Assembly: GCF_001447785.1 (NCBI RefSeq)
Contig: NW_015175362.1
Span: 1,230,029 to 1,294,028, forward strand
Direction: 5' to 3'
Length of the DNA: 64,000 bases
Source: Gekko japonicus
Lineage: Eukaryota
Below the pieces are notes generated by a model. That model was not told the origin of the DNA and did not search any database. It saw only the letters and a list, made by a program, of their open reading frames with translations. The translations under genes were made by a program, and so were the position numbers. Positions 26,612 through 37,405 of this stretch are shown here, one piece after another (position 1 is the first letter of the stretch; each line of letters begins with the position of its first letter).

Positions 26612-26682
26612 AAGATGGTCAATTTTGAGTGAATTTTTTATTTCTGCATGTATCCTTTGAAGACGAGAGTCCATCGATGTTT
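26612..26682 (-). CDS. PSIP1: PSIP1 coding exon 12 (integrase-binding domain start)
   Basis: [23 protein letters not shown]|gtgagt; 71 nt. Confidence 0.96.
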
Positions 26683-26799
26683 CTAAAAAAACAAAATTAT
26701 ATATTTAAGGACACTGAATTCAAAATCCATTAGAAGAACAGAATTTTAAGCACCTCTGGGTAAATGAGTGACAAAGTAAAATATAGCACAATTGATCAT

Positions 26800-27325
26800 T
26801 CCAGATACATCTGTAGCAACAACATAAAATAGGAGTCCAATGGCACCTTAAAGATTACTAGAATTTATTCCAGCATAAACTATCTCGAGTCAGAGCTCAC
26901 TTCATCAGATGCACAGGAGTGTAATATCTGTTAGGCTGTTTTTATATTCACAACAGAAAAGCGAGGGGAAGAGAAGAAAAGATATTATAAAGACAGAATG
27001 TCAGTTCAGCAATAACTAACTTCACAATGTATCAGTTTATCTTGCACTAGATTTTACATTAATCCTATTTTGCCTTATAAAACAACAGAAGGCAGTAGCC
27101 CATATACACTCTGAGTGAACTGTTTACCCACTGACTCTTGCTTTAACCTGGTCTTGCTTTGTATAATCTCTCTTGCCCACCCCTACCTATTCTGTTCCAA
27201 GTGTAAAAGCATTAGCCTAATGAATGTACATATCAATATATCTGATGAAGTGAGACCTGATGTACAGAAGCTTATGCTGGAAAACATTTTGTTAAATTTT
27301 GAATTGCCACTAGAGTGGTGTTCTA
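26800..27325. mobile_element. Penelope-like element remnant with inverted terminal segments
   Basis: 26800-26913 and 27238-27325 are inverted homologues, each with CTGATGAAGTGAG. Confidence 0.6.
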
Positions 27326-27754
27326 TATAACAGAATTGAAAAGCTAATAATCCTAACAATATAAACTGTCCTCCAAAGACGACTGGTAGTCAGATTTTAT
27401 GCACATGGCTAGAACACAATCTTTGAAAAACAAAACCATCCAGCAGCTGGAATAATAATAATAATAATAATTTATACTAGATGATATACACATACAGGAA
27501 ATGAATGTCTTAAGATTTTCAAAGTTTTCTCTATAGGTCACTCACGTATCAAGAAGAGACTCAGTTTTATCAGCAAATGCCCGTAACACAGAAACATTTT
27601 AACATATGAAATGGTTATCTAAAGCTATATTGATCTAAGGTTTTGAAATGATAGTATTATCTGCTGTATGACAGTACCCAGGTGCAGCTTGGTAAGAATT
27701 TATTCACTATCTAAGACTTTAAAGTGAAATAAAGAGCAAGCTTGCAGTATTGAC

Positions 27755-27810
27755 CTCGCTTTTTCTCCATCTTCTTAGCTTCCGGTTTCTTGCCTTCTTC
27801 TTTGCTTTGT
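27755..27810 (-). CDS. PSIP1: PSIP1 coding exon 11
   Basis: QSKEEGKKPEAKKMEKKR(E); 56 nt; atag/gtcaat flanks. Confidence 0.92.
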
Positions 27811-30499
27811 CTATCAAAATCACACAGTTTAAATGAGACCATGGCTTACACTTACAAGCACAGACGGGTAAAATGCCATATATGACAATTAACACAGCAT
27901 CTCAGGAATAAAACAGACTTGTATGATGACAATCTGAATACCATAGGCAGAAAGCATTACAATACAGAACAGATCAATCAGATTGCAAGGGTAATTTTGA
28001 CTAGTTCTCTTACTTTTGCTTCAGCCAATAAAGTAACAAGATCTGTGTATCTGAACTGATTAAGCTCAAACTTACATTGTAAGATGTAAATATCTGGATT
28101 ACAGTGTTGGTCTGCAGTGTGGGATAAAGCAAGTTAATGTGTCTAAATTACCTAGGGTCTTGGAGCCTGCACCCTGGGAGATGGCTGTATTGCTTAAGAG
28201 CTTGCAGGCCAAATCATAAAGACACTGCTTGTCTATAAACAAATTCTGTGTTTAGCAATTACGGATAACCCCAAGTAAAAATCTTTCCAGATGCTATGTG
28301 ATATCTTTGGAAAATCTACACCCTGGTACCACAAGGGTCACTTGGTAAATTTACTTAAAATATACTGCATTTCCCCTAGAATGGGCTCATGGCCGTTTAG
28401 TAAAACAATAAGAACCCTCCACACATTTCAGCCTTTGCTGCCATCACTACCACAAAATAGACATGATTATATGCTCTAACTTGTAATCAGGCAAGTTCTC
28501 TCCAAAATTTTCTCCACTTATGTTCCTGCTGTTTGCCTACTACAGAGGAGCTTGAGTAAATGAAGCAAAGGTACAGAAAGGGCTCTGCAGGATGGAAGAG
28601 GGCACTTAGGAGTCACTTTGTCAACTGCTAGGGTCACTTCCATATTCCACAGATTAATCAGGCTCTGACAACAGCACTGGAGCTATCAGGAACATCACAT
28701 AGATCACTTCAGGGGCAGACCATTCTAACTTTTCTGAAATTTTGCAGCAGTTTTGCTTCTAGTCTAGGGCTTGATAAAATAGTGGACTGACAATGATAAG
28801 AGAAATGAGTTTCCATTACCAGAGCATATAGCATTTTATTGGAAAGGGGAACAGATAGGATGTGTGACTGTCACGTGTGTGGGCACTAAGATGTTTTGGG
28901 ACTAAAAATCTTGAAGTCCTCAATGCTAAGTGTGAGACCATCTCCAGCAGTTCAGACAGGGAGATGGTTAGGCAGCAAGACAGGCAGTGCAAAGCTCCGA
29001 ATCTGTCTCAATCCTTGGAACATACATTCAAAATCGAAACTTCAACCAAGCAAGTACATGGAGACCAGAAAAGGGGGAAAGCACCGCTTGCCTCAGTGCC
29101 CTTCCAAATTTCCTGGCCCACCATCATTTGTCATCCTGTCTAAAATGGAAGAAAGGCTGCACTCTCTCACTACCCTGGCAAGTTGAACAACAAACAGCCC
29201 CTCAATTATAATCAATTGAAACAGTAACTGGCAATCACCCTTGTGCCCCCCCCCCCAATGATGATTCCTCTTGTATCACTCCTTCAGAGGTGACCTGCTG
29301 CAGCAGTGTCCATTTTACATATCGTTTGCTGTCTCAGAATTAGCCATTCCACAGTGTTGCTGGTCTGGGGCCAGCAAAACTACTCCAGATGCCTGGATCA
29401 GGGGCATTACTGCTTCTTAAATAATTTATCTACTCAAATCTAACTATGGCTGTTATTACAAATACTCAGTAATTACAAATATTCAGTAATGCTGTTGTCA
29501 GAAACGGTAACAAGCTTCAGTGTGCCACACACCTGCTATAAAATCTTCCATCTGGACAAAGCCAAAAGGTGATTCAAATAGCAAATACAGGAATTATTCC
29601 TGAATAGATTTCCCAGTAATGAGGGCAAAGTGTGTGACAGTAACCTTTCAAAAGTCCTTTGGAAGATCTTGTTTATATCATATTTAATTGCCTGCCTGTG
29701 GTGCATGACACTCAGTCTTGCAGCACAATCTGGATTACCAAGTAACACTGTGAAAGGGGTTTGTTGGAAGATCTCATTGACTCTAGTATTACTGGGAAGT
29801 TGACTGCATAGCCACATCCTCCCCAGCTTTCTGAGTCTGGCCATGCTGACACCTAGTGCCAGTGTGGGGAGTAGGCCCATAGGGGCATCTGTCACAAAAA
29901 ACCTCAAAACCCTCAGCTTTCAGAGTAGACAATGCTGAGCTGGCTGGACCAATGATCTGACTCACTAGAAAGCAGCTTCAGATGTTCAAAGCTGCAGTCT
30001 TGTGCACACTTATTTGGGAATAATTCCAGAAGGTTAACCTATAGCAGCAAAATAAAACAGGAAGCTAGTGTCATCTTAATTATTTCAGCTTAAGTATCTA
30101 TGTGTCCTGTAACTAGTTATATCTTTATAACTGGCTGTATTTCTCATTCTTCTGAAATGTTGGTTTTAAATTGCCACGATTTAATTCTGGGTTGGCCAGT
30201 GAGTGTCTACCACATCAAGTTTTTATATAGTTCATCTCTTATTCTGAACTGGCTACTTGTATTTTTATTACTTTTGTTGTGATTCTATGTTCAAAGACTA
30301 AAGTGGGAATTTGGATTCTATTCTGCTTCTCATTAAAGAAGGAATGTAAGGAAAATATGTGTATATAATACTTCTCAACAGACTAAATGCTGCTCACAAA
30401 GATATGACCAGGTAAAATATGAAGACATTTCTTTTAATTTAATATCACCTTAGTCACATAATTGCTAAATATCTGCACAATCACTTAAGTTGTACTCAC

Positions 30500-30618
30500 A
30501 GCTCTGTTTCCATTTGCTCTTCCTGCTTACGTTTTCTTTCTGCTACTTCACGCTCATGTTGAGCTTTTAAAATATTCCTTCTGTAAGCCCCCTGAACATT
30601 TCTTCCTCCTTTTTTCTT
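30500..30618 (-). CDS. PSIP1: PSIP1 coding exon 10 (in mammals the last exon shared by p75 and p52)
   Basis: KKKGGRNVQGAYRRNILKAQHEREVAERKRKQEEQMETE(L)|gtgagt; 119 nt. Confidence 0.94.
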
Positions 30619-31271
30619 CTAGTAGTTCATTTTAGTTTTGAGTGGAAGGAAAAAATAGTTTTTAGACACTAAAGCCAAATGTCTGTGAGAACAAGTTCCT
30701 TCATTGTTCAATATTTATTCATTATTTCAGTATTAATGTGCAAGACTTATATAAGAAAACAAAATTTAAACCAGTTAGAAAGTAACAGCAAGCTAAAATG
30801 TCACAAAACCTAAGTTTCTTGTTTAGAAGATGTTAGAAAACATCAACAGCCAAGACAACTTTTAGTAGCTTTGAACAAACAATGGTATTGATCTCACAGA
30901 AGAAAATGTTTTGAAAGCAATGTAAACCTTGCAGAATCAAAGTAGGAAAAATTATAGCGCAAATTCAAGAACTATAGATTTTACATTTTTGGTCCCATGA
31001 CTGCATCAGTTTTCAAACTTTTACTTTGATATGTTGAAATCAAATTCCAAAGGCTCAACATCATGGAATATCTCAGCATGTATATTCAAAAATATGTAAT
31101 TGTGATCACTGTCACCTCATTCTACTGAAATAACATCAGACATAAGGCCCTAAAAGTATTTATGATATTCATCCTGTATACAATTGAAGTTGACAGCAGC
31201 TTTACTGCTGACACCCATGAACATAGGTTCAAATGAAGTGTGATTTGAACCCTAAGCAGCAGAAGAAACTT

Positions 31272-31521
31272 GGGCTGCATTCAGCTATTACAGCTGCATT
31301 CAGGTATCACAACAAACTAATTTAAATACAGATTTGTCAGTGTCTGATAATATCATAACTTGTTTGCTGAGCTCAAGTGCTCCCCCCTCACCTCCTCAAG
31401 CACAGAGTTTGATTAAGCTCCACCTTGCTATTACATCTGCAAACACAGGAACCAAACTGTGGTCATGCCCAGACACTCACAAACTTCTTATTAGAGTTTA
31501 CTGAGATGTCTGAATGCAGCC
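31272..31521. mobile_element. Probable PIF/Harbinger-like MITE
   Basis: Inverted termini GGCTGCATTCAG ... CTGAATGCAGCC. Confidence 0.5.
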
Positions 31522-31620
31522 TGTGTTCAATATGGACTAATTTAATGTAGCTTTACATGCCTACAACTGTAAAGCATTTCCTCACTAACTGAAAAGGAAC
31601 ATTAACAGAAAGATACATAC

Positions 31621-31849
31621 TTTATTTCCTTCCTGTTCTTCACCATCATCTTCAGAATCAGAGGCTGATGCTGATCCCACTTTTGTGATAGTTTTCCTTT
31701 TTGTCTCAACTTCCTTTTTGCCCTCTTTTTTGTCTGCATCTTTCCTTAGTTTTTCTTCTTCCCTGTTACTTTCCTCATCCCTTTTCTGCTGTTTTTTGAG
31801 TGGTTTTTCTTCAGCTCCCTTTCTTTTATTCTTATCTTCCTCATTAACA
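31621..31849 (-). CDS. PSIP1: PSIP1 coding exon 9 (charged region)
   Basis: VNEEDKNKRKGAEEKP...SASASDSEDDGEEQEGNK|gtatgt; 229 nt. Confidence 0.94.
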
Positions 31850-33647
31850 CTAAAATAATTCCAAAACAAACAGAACATTATTTATTTTCCCCTGCAGCTG
31901 GACCCAAATCCCTTTTTTGCAATGCAAGTCGATACCCAGACATCTAAGAGTCAGTTCATATAGCTGGCAGCTCACCTCCCCTCACCCTTTGCATACCATC
32001 GCCTGGAAAGCATTGTGTTGCTGGTTAACATGCAAGCCCACCAAAGACTGAAGGCACCACAGTTGTATGAAATGGAATCTCAACGTAAGAGTTGTATGAA
32101 CAGATCTCATGATGTGTGTTACTATTGATGCTCAAACTGACTCTTGGGAATTGGGCAAGTTGCATACAGTCTACACACGGAAGCACACGTTTATTCAGCT
32201 GAAGACCCTGCTGGGTGGAAAATACACACATTCATGCAGATGATTACAACTGGGTAACCAGCTGGATGGGGGGAAAAACCCCTAAATCCACTGTCTAGTC
32301 ACTGTAGCAACTGTTAAGAAACTAGTGGCAGACAAAAGTTGCCTATTTTTTCTTTGTCTCTACTGGGTTCAGTGAGAACCATATTTGAGATATGGTTTGA
32401 GTTGTTACTCTTTCTCAGGAAGGATACCTAGGTAGGAGATTAGGTGTAGTCTATTTATGAACAACAATAAAGCACACAAGTGAGGGGAGCCATGTCTTTC
32501 TCTTGTTCCTTGCTTCACTGTGCTCTGGAACTTAAATCCACCCCCACCCCGCTAAGTTTCAACAGCAGAAGATAACTAAGCTGGGAGAAAAAATATATCA
32601 GTGTCTGAAAGAAGACACAGAACAGGACATGGTTTAGCTCCCCTCATCCTTTTGCTCCATGCTGTTTCAAAATAGAACATCCACATCCCTTGTCTAAAAC
32701 ACAGACACACATATACATGAACAACGGGAGGTCTCTTGTCTCTTTTACCCATACTGGAGTTCACAGCTTAGAACACAGCTTAGAACATGTTGGATCAGAC
32801 CAAAAACTCATCAAGTCACAAGTGCAACTCTGTTTAGGATTGCACTGTAAGAGTCTCACAGAAGGAAAAAGTATTTCAGATTATTCCTTATCAAGAAACT
32901 TTCACATTTTAAAAGCAAGGTTTGTTTCTAACTCTTTTAATTCTTCCATTCAAACAGCCCCTCCCCTGCTGAAATAAACTCTGATAATAAAATTGCACCT
33001 GCATTTCTCAGGGGTATGGAGGTGACACAATGAAGTGGGTTATGGGAAAACTGAAGAATGAGGATTTGGGAATAGACATATGGGCACCTGGCAACCAAAG
33101 GGGCTCAACCCCACAAACGAGACGTCACTTATACATGGGTTGTTTACCCCAGCTTGGATGCTTTTGGGAAGTATTTTTTTTCCATTTGCTTCCTCACAGC
33201 ACTGTTCACCTCACAGAGGTATATCCATGCACCTCATAGAATCTCCCTATCTTTCCCAAGCCTACATTGCTTCACTGTTATGGGAAAAATCGCAGCAAAG
33301 CTAGGACGACGGCCAGGCTGGATCTTCCTAGTTTCCACCTACACTGGTGCCATCTTCCCTGCCTCAGTCCCTTACAGCAGCAATTGCCCCACCACCACTA
33401 GCGTATCAGCCAGGTGGTAAGCAAGGATCAGTGTTCCAAAGCATTTCATATTTTGAATCCACGTCTTTGAGCTATGGGTTGAAAGATGCTTCAGTAAGCT
33501 GCTGATAGTTCTAATGTTTGTAAATACAGGATGTTTAAATAAATAAATAACTAATTCATCAGCCTCCTGTATTAGGGGGCTATAAGAAAACAAATGCTGA
33601 AACCTTGTCAGAACGAGAAAAATATCAATGCTTAGAAACAAACTTAC

Positions 33648-33723
33648 ATGTCACTCTCAGGTGGACAAGGTGTCTTCACCAATTTCGGTCTCCCTCTAGG
33701 TTTTGGAACCTTTACTTCAGTAG
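33648..33723 (-). CDS. PSIP1: PSIP1 coding exon 8 (AT-hook 2)
   Basis: (A)TEVKVPKPRGRPKLVKTPCPPESD(I); 76 nt. Confidence 0.94.
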
Positions 33724-33950
33724 CTAATTCCATAAAGAAACATCTACTTTAATTTAAACTTAGTTGCCTAAAGTTTAAAGCTGAACTATTATACAATCAA
33801 CAATGTAATCTGCATAAATAATATTGTACAATTCTTAAACCCAATTCTAAGTAAAAGATTTTTTAAATTCAGAATTATTTCTATGACAAGCCTGATAAAA
33901 TCTGACTTCACTGGATTTTGAAATTATCACTACAAATGATGCATTATAGA

Positions 33951-34256
33951 CAGGGCCGGCTCACCCGCTAGGCGAACTAGGCATTTGCCTAGAGCGCGGG
34001 CCGGACCTTAGGGTGCCAAACTGGACCTGGCCACCCCACCAAAGCCCCCCAAGCCCCCGCCAAAAGCCCTGCATCTCCCTGACCGCCGCTACCGCCGCCT
34101 TTCTCCCCGAGTCCAGCAAGCGCTGACCCCCCCTCCCGGCCGTGTTTCTGGGAGGTCTCCAGGCCCCACCGGGAGGTTGGTATCTGTGCTGAGGGGGCAC
34201 GGGTGCCACAAGCTAGCCTTGCCTGGAGCGCGCAGAAACACCTCGGGCTGGCCCTG
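33951..34256. mobile_element. GC-rich hAT MITE
   Basis: TIRs CAGGGCCGGC / GCTGGCCCTG; 8-bp TSD attataga / ataataga. Confidence 0.78.
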
Positions 34257-34890
34257 ATAATAGAACATCTACTGTACTACTAACTTTTGTTTCTCCAGCT
34301 ACATGGAAGTTCTGACAGGACTCTGGATCACATGTGGATAGTCTGGATTCAGCCACTCATTGGGTCCCCCTTGCAACATCAGAGTGCCAGATGGGGCATC
34401 TGTGACCGGAAAATGCCCTACAAGCTGCCAGCAAGAAATGCTGGCAGCTGCTCCACTGTGTGTTTTTCCCCTACGAAGGTGCTGATCCAAAATGGAGAGC
34501 CATCACCACATCTGTGGAGCTGAAACCCCACCATGTGCCATCTCTGCAGCAGAAGACGGCCCTTGGGAGCATGCAGACACATCCAGCCTCCTGGCTCTTC
34601 CCTACCCATGCCCACTGAGAAGGTACAATGTGGGGTTCCGCACATCAACGCCATGATCCCAGCCTTACCACTCTGCTGCCCCAGGTCCCCACCAATAAGG
34701 CTCATCCACTGTGTGCACTCCAGGTGTTGGTGTTTGTTGCAGAGTATGAGAGGTAGGAGCACATGGGGGATGCTGTGCAAGCCACATGATCCTCGCAGAC
34801 ATAACAGTGGCAAAAAACTTCATTAACTGATTCAGCTGACTGTATACATTAAGAATATATTAACGAGCAATGGTCATTTTTATAACTTAC

Positions 34891-35008
34891 CAGCTGGCCT
34901 TCCTCTTTTAGGACTTGCTTTTGGAGCTGCAGCTACTGCTGTTGCTACTGCTCCTGCCGCCGCCACCACTGCTGCCACCTCCTCTTCAGCTTCTGCTTGT
35001 TTTTCAAT
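34891..35008 (-). CDS. PSIP1: PSIP1 coding exon 7 (AT-hook 1)
   Basis: IEKQAEAEEEVAAVVAAAGAVATAVAAAPKASPKRGRPA; 118 nt; cag/gtaagt flanks. Confidence 0.93.
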
Positions 35009-35656
35009 CTGAGCGAAATAAATGCCTTTATATAAATACTACTGTTCCAATTGCTACTAAGAGCCTATATTTTATAAAGAAGATATATATTTATATCTTG
35101 GAGTCACAGTAAACTTAACAGCATGTACTCAATGTAAGGGTGGCGTGGCATAATCCATTTTAGTTGAACTTTCTTCTCAAGATAAGTATCAGTGAAACTC
35201 AGAGGTCTCACTGTTCACAGAAACATACATAAAATACATTTTCATGAAGCCACAAGTGTTCAGAACAAAGCTTGAACCTTTAAGACCAACAAAGTTTTAT
35301 TCATGGTATAAGCAAGCACACTCCTCAGATACAGTGTTCAGTTAGACTGATAAGACAGGGTTGCCCATTCCCCCTGGTCAGGATGCCCCATCAGTCACTA
35401 TCTCTCTGCCTCTCTAAGCTGTTAAGAGGATAAAAAAAACCTTCTGCGCTTCAAGGGCAAGATACCAAGAATAGTATTGCAGAAAAGAGACCCTAACTAT
35501 CTTAAATATGGGCATACTGGACAGTAGCAACCTAATTTAATGTAATGTAGCTTTCATAATAAATTGTTCAGTGAAATACATAAAGGCAAGCTGTATTTTT
35601 GAACAACTAATAATGCAATTTATATTTAAAAAGCTATATCACAGTGAAAGTATTAC

Positions 35657-35719
35657 CTTTCTTTTTCTCCCCCTTCTAGCAACTTTTGGAACTGGTACAT
35701 CACTTGCTTTCTCTGCATC
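35657..35719 (-). CDS. PSIP1: PSIP1 coding exon 6 (NLS RRGRKRK)
   Basis: ctag|DAEKASDVPVPKVARRGRKRK|gtaat; 63 nt. Confidence 0.94.
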
Positions 35720-36419
35720 CTAGAGACAGGAAAAGTAGAAGCATTACTTATGAATATTGTCTAATTTTGACATTCAAAAGTCCATAATGGGAAAACACAC
35801 ACACAACAACAATTTTGTTATGGGCATCAATATAGGTCATATATTGAGCAATATTATTTGAAAATCATTTAAAAGCCCTACACCAAACTCAATAGAAAGC
35901 ATGCTTAAAACAAAAACAGCAGATCCTACTCAATGTATTTATAAATCCAGTGAAAAGAAAACAGAGTGAGAATGGCAGCAAAAAATGGTTTTTCCATCGT
36001 TAAGTATTACTGGACTTTTCTTCAGTTGATTATGCAAAAACGGCTCTCAGAGAGACTAGAAATGTATAACCCTCCTCTAAATTGTTAAAGCAACACCACT
36101 GCACCAGGTTAAAGTGAATTTAACAGTAAATCTGGGTTTACAGATGAGGGACAGACCTGTGGTCACCTCTTCCACATTATGTATAAACTAGGAAAAAAGC
36201 CCATTGTGGAAATGAATACAATGGCCTCTAGAAAGAGGCTCTGGGTGGGTGCCCCAGCCTTGGACACTCAGTGTCAATTTGCTGTGGTGACCTCAACAGG
36301 GTATAATGACACTGAGTCCACCATTTTCTCCAGAGGAACTGATCTCTGCTACCTAAAGAACAGTTGTAATTTTGAGTGATCTCCAGCTCTCACCTGGAGA
36401 TTGGACACATTTTACCTCA

Positions 36420-36721
36420 GAACAGCAAACTGTTTAGAATGTTAGAGGCAAAAGCCAATCAAGCTGCAGATGCAAACGACCTCTGTGTTCCGAGGCAAAG
36501 GCCAATGAGGCTGCATATGCAAATAACCTCTGTGTTCTGACTGGCTATGAAGGGGGAGAGAAACAGCAAAATGTTTAGAATGTTCGAGGCAGGACTTAGG
36601 CAAAGCAGCCAGTGGATAGGGAGACCCTCTGATAGACAGATCAGAGAGTGAACTGATTTTGGAGCGTGTGGAATGTTCTAGAGAAGTGCCACCACCATTC
36701 AGCTTTTATTTATAAGGGAGA
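36420..36721 (-). mobile_element. Putative Helitron-like fragment with a 47-bp internal tandem repeat
   Basis: Minus strand starts A|TCTCCCTTATAAATAAAAG; repeat units at 36445-36491 and 36492-36538; related to 1-70. Confidence 0.42.
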
Positions 36722-37021
36722 TTCTCTCCCACCCCTGAAAGTGCTTAAGAGTTGTGTGACTGCTGGTAATTCAAGTTAAAATATACTCTCAAAGTCACAT
36801 TAACAAATTATTATTAAACCTGGTTCTTAAAGTGCATATAGGCACATAAGCAGTATCATTTCAGTTTAGAACAGTAATGCACACATGTGTGGAAGGGATC
36901 AATTATTCATATGGAAATGAACACATGACCAGAGGGATAGTTTCCCAGTTTTCAGTGTTAAGTGCAAGTCACAAATAAATCAGACGAGAACAACAAATTT
37001 AAGTTCCCCTAGTCCACTTAC

Positions 37022-37123
37022 TTCACTGTTAGGTTTTTCTGAAGGATCTTCTTCTTTTGGTGCATCCATTTCTTTTTCTTCCATTTCAACTTCAGTGGGT
37101 ATATTATCCTGTTTAGTAGATCC
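37022..37123 (-). CDS. PSIP1: PSIP1 coding exon 5
   Basis: ttag|GSTKQDNIPTEVEMEEKEMDAPKEEDPSEKPNSE|gtaagt; 102 nt. Confidence 0.9.
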
Positions 37124-37212
37124 CTAATGAAAAACCAGTATCACAGTATTCCAATTATATCCATATGTAGACCTTACATGTTTAGCCCTACCTATTCGTA
37201 TTATTACAATGT

Positions 37213-37405
37213 TTCTAATTCTAACCCAGTCTCATCAGATCTCGGAAGCTAAGCAAGGTCGGGTCTGGCTAGTATTTGATTGGAGACCTCCAAGGAATAT
37301 CAGGGTCATGGTGGGAGGCAGGCAATGACAAACCACCTCTGAATGTCTCTTGCCTTGAAAACCCTACAGGGTCACTACAAGTCAGCTGTAACTTGGCAGC
37401 ACTTT
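37213..37405 (+). mobile_element. 5S rRNA-derived SINE
   Basis: gatctcggaagctaagcaaggtcgggtctggctagtatttgattggagacc closely follows vertebrate 5S rRNA, then a non-5S LINE-like tail. Confidence 0.8.

Noticed and set aside
37225-37290. 5S rRNA gene
   Set aside because: Partial, mutated and fused to a retroposon tail; it is a SINE head.
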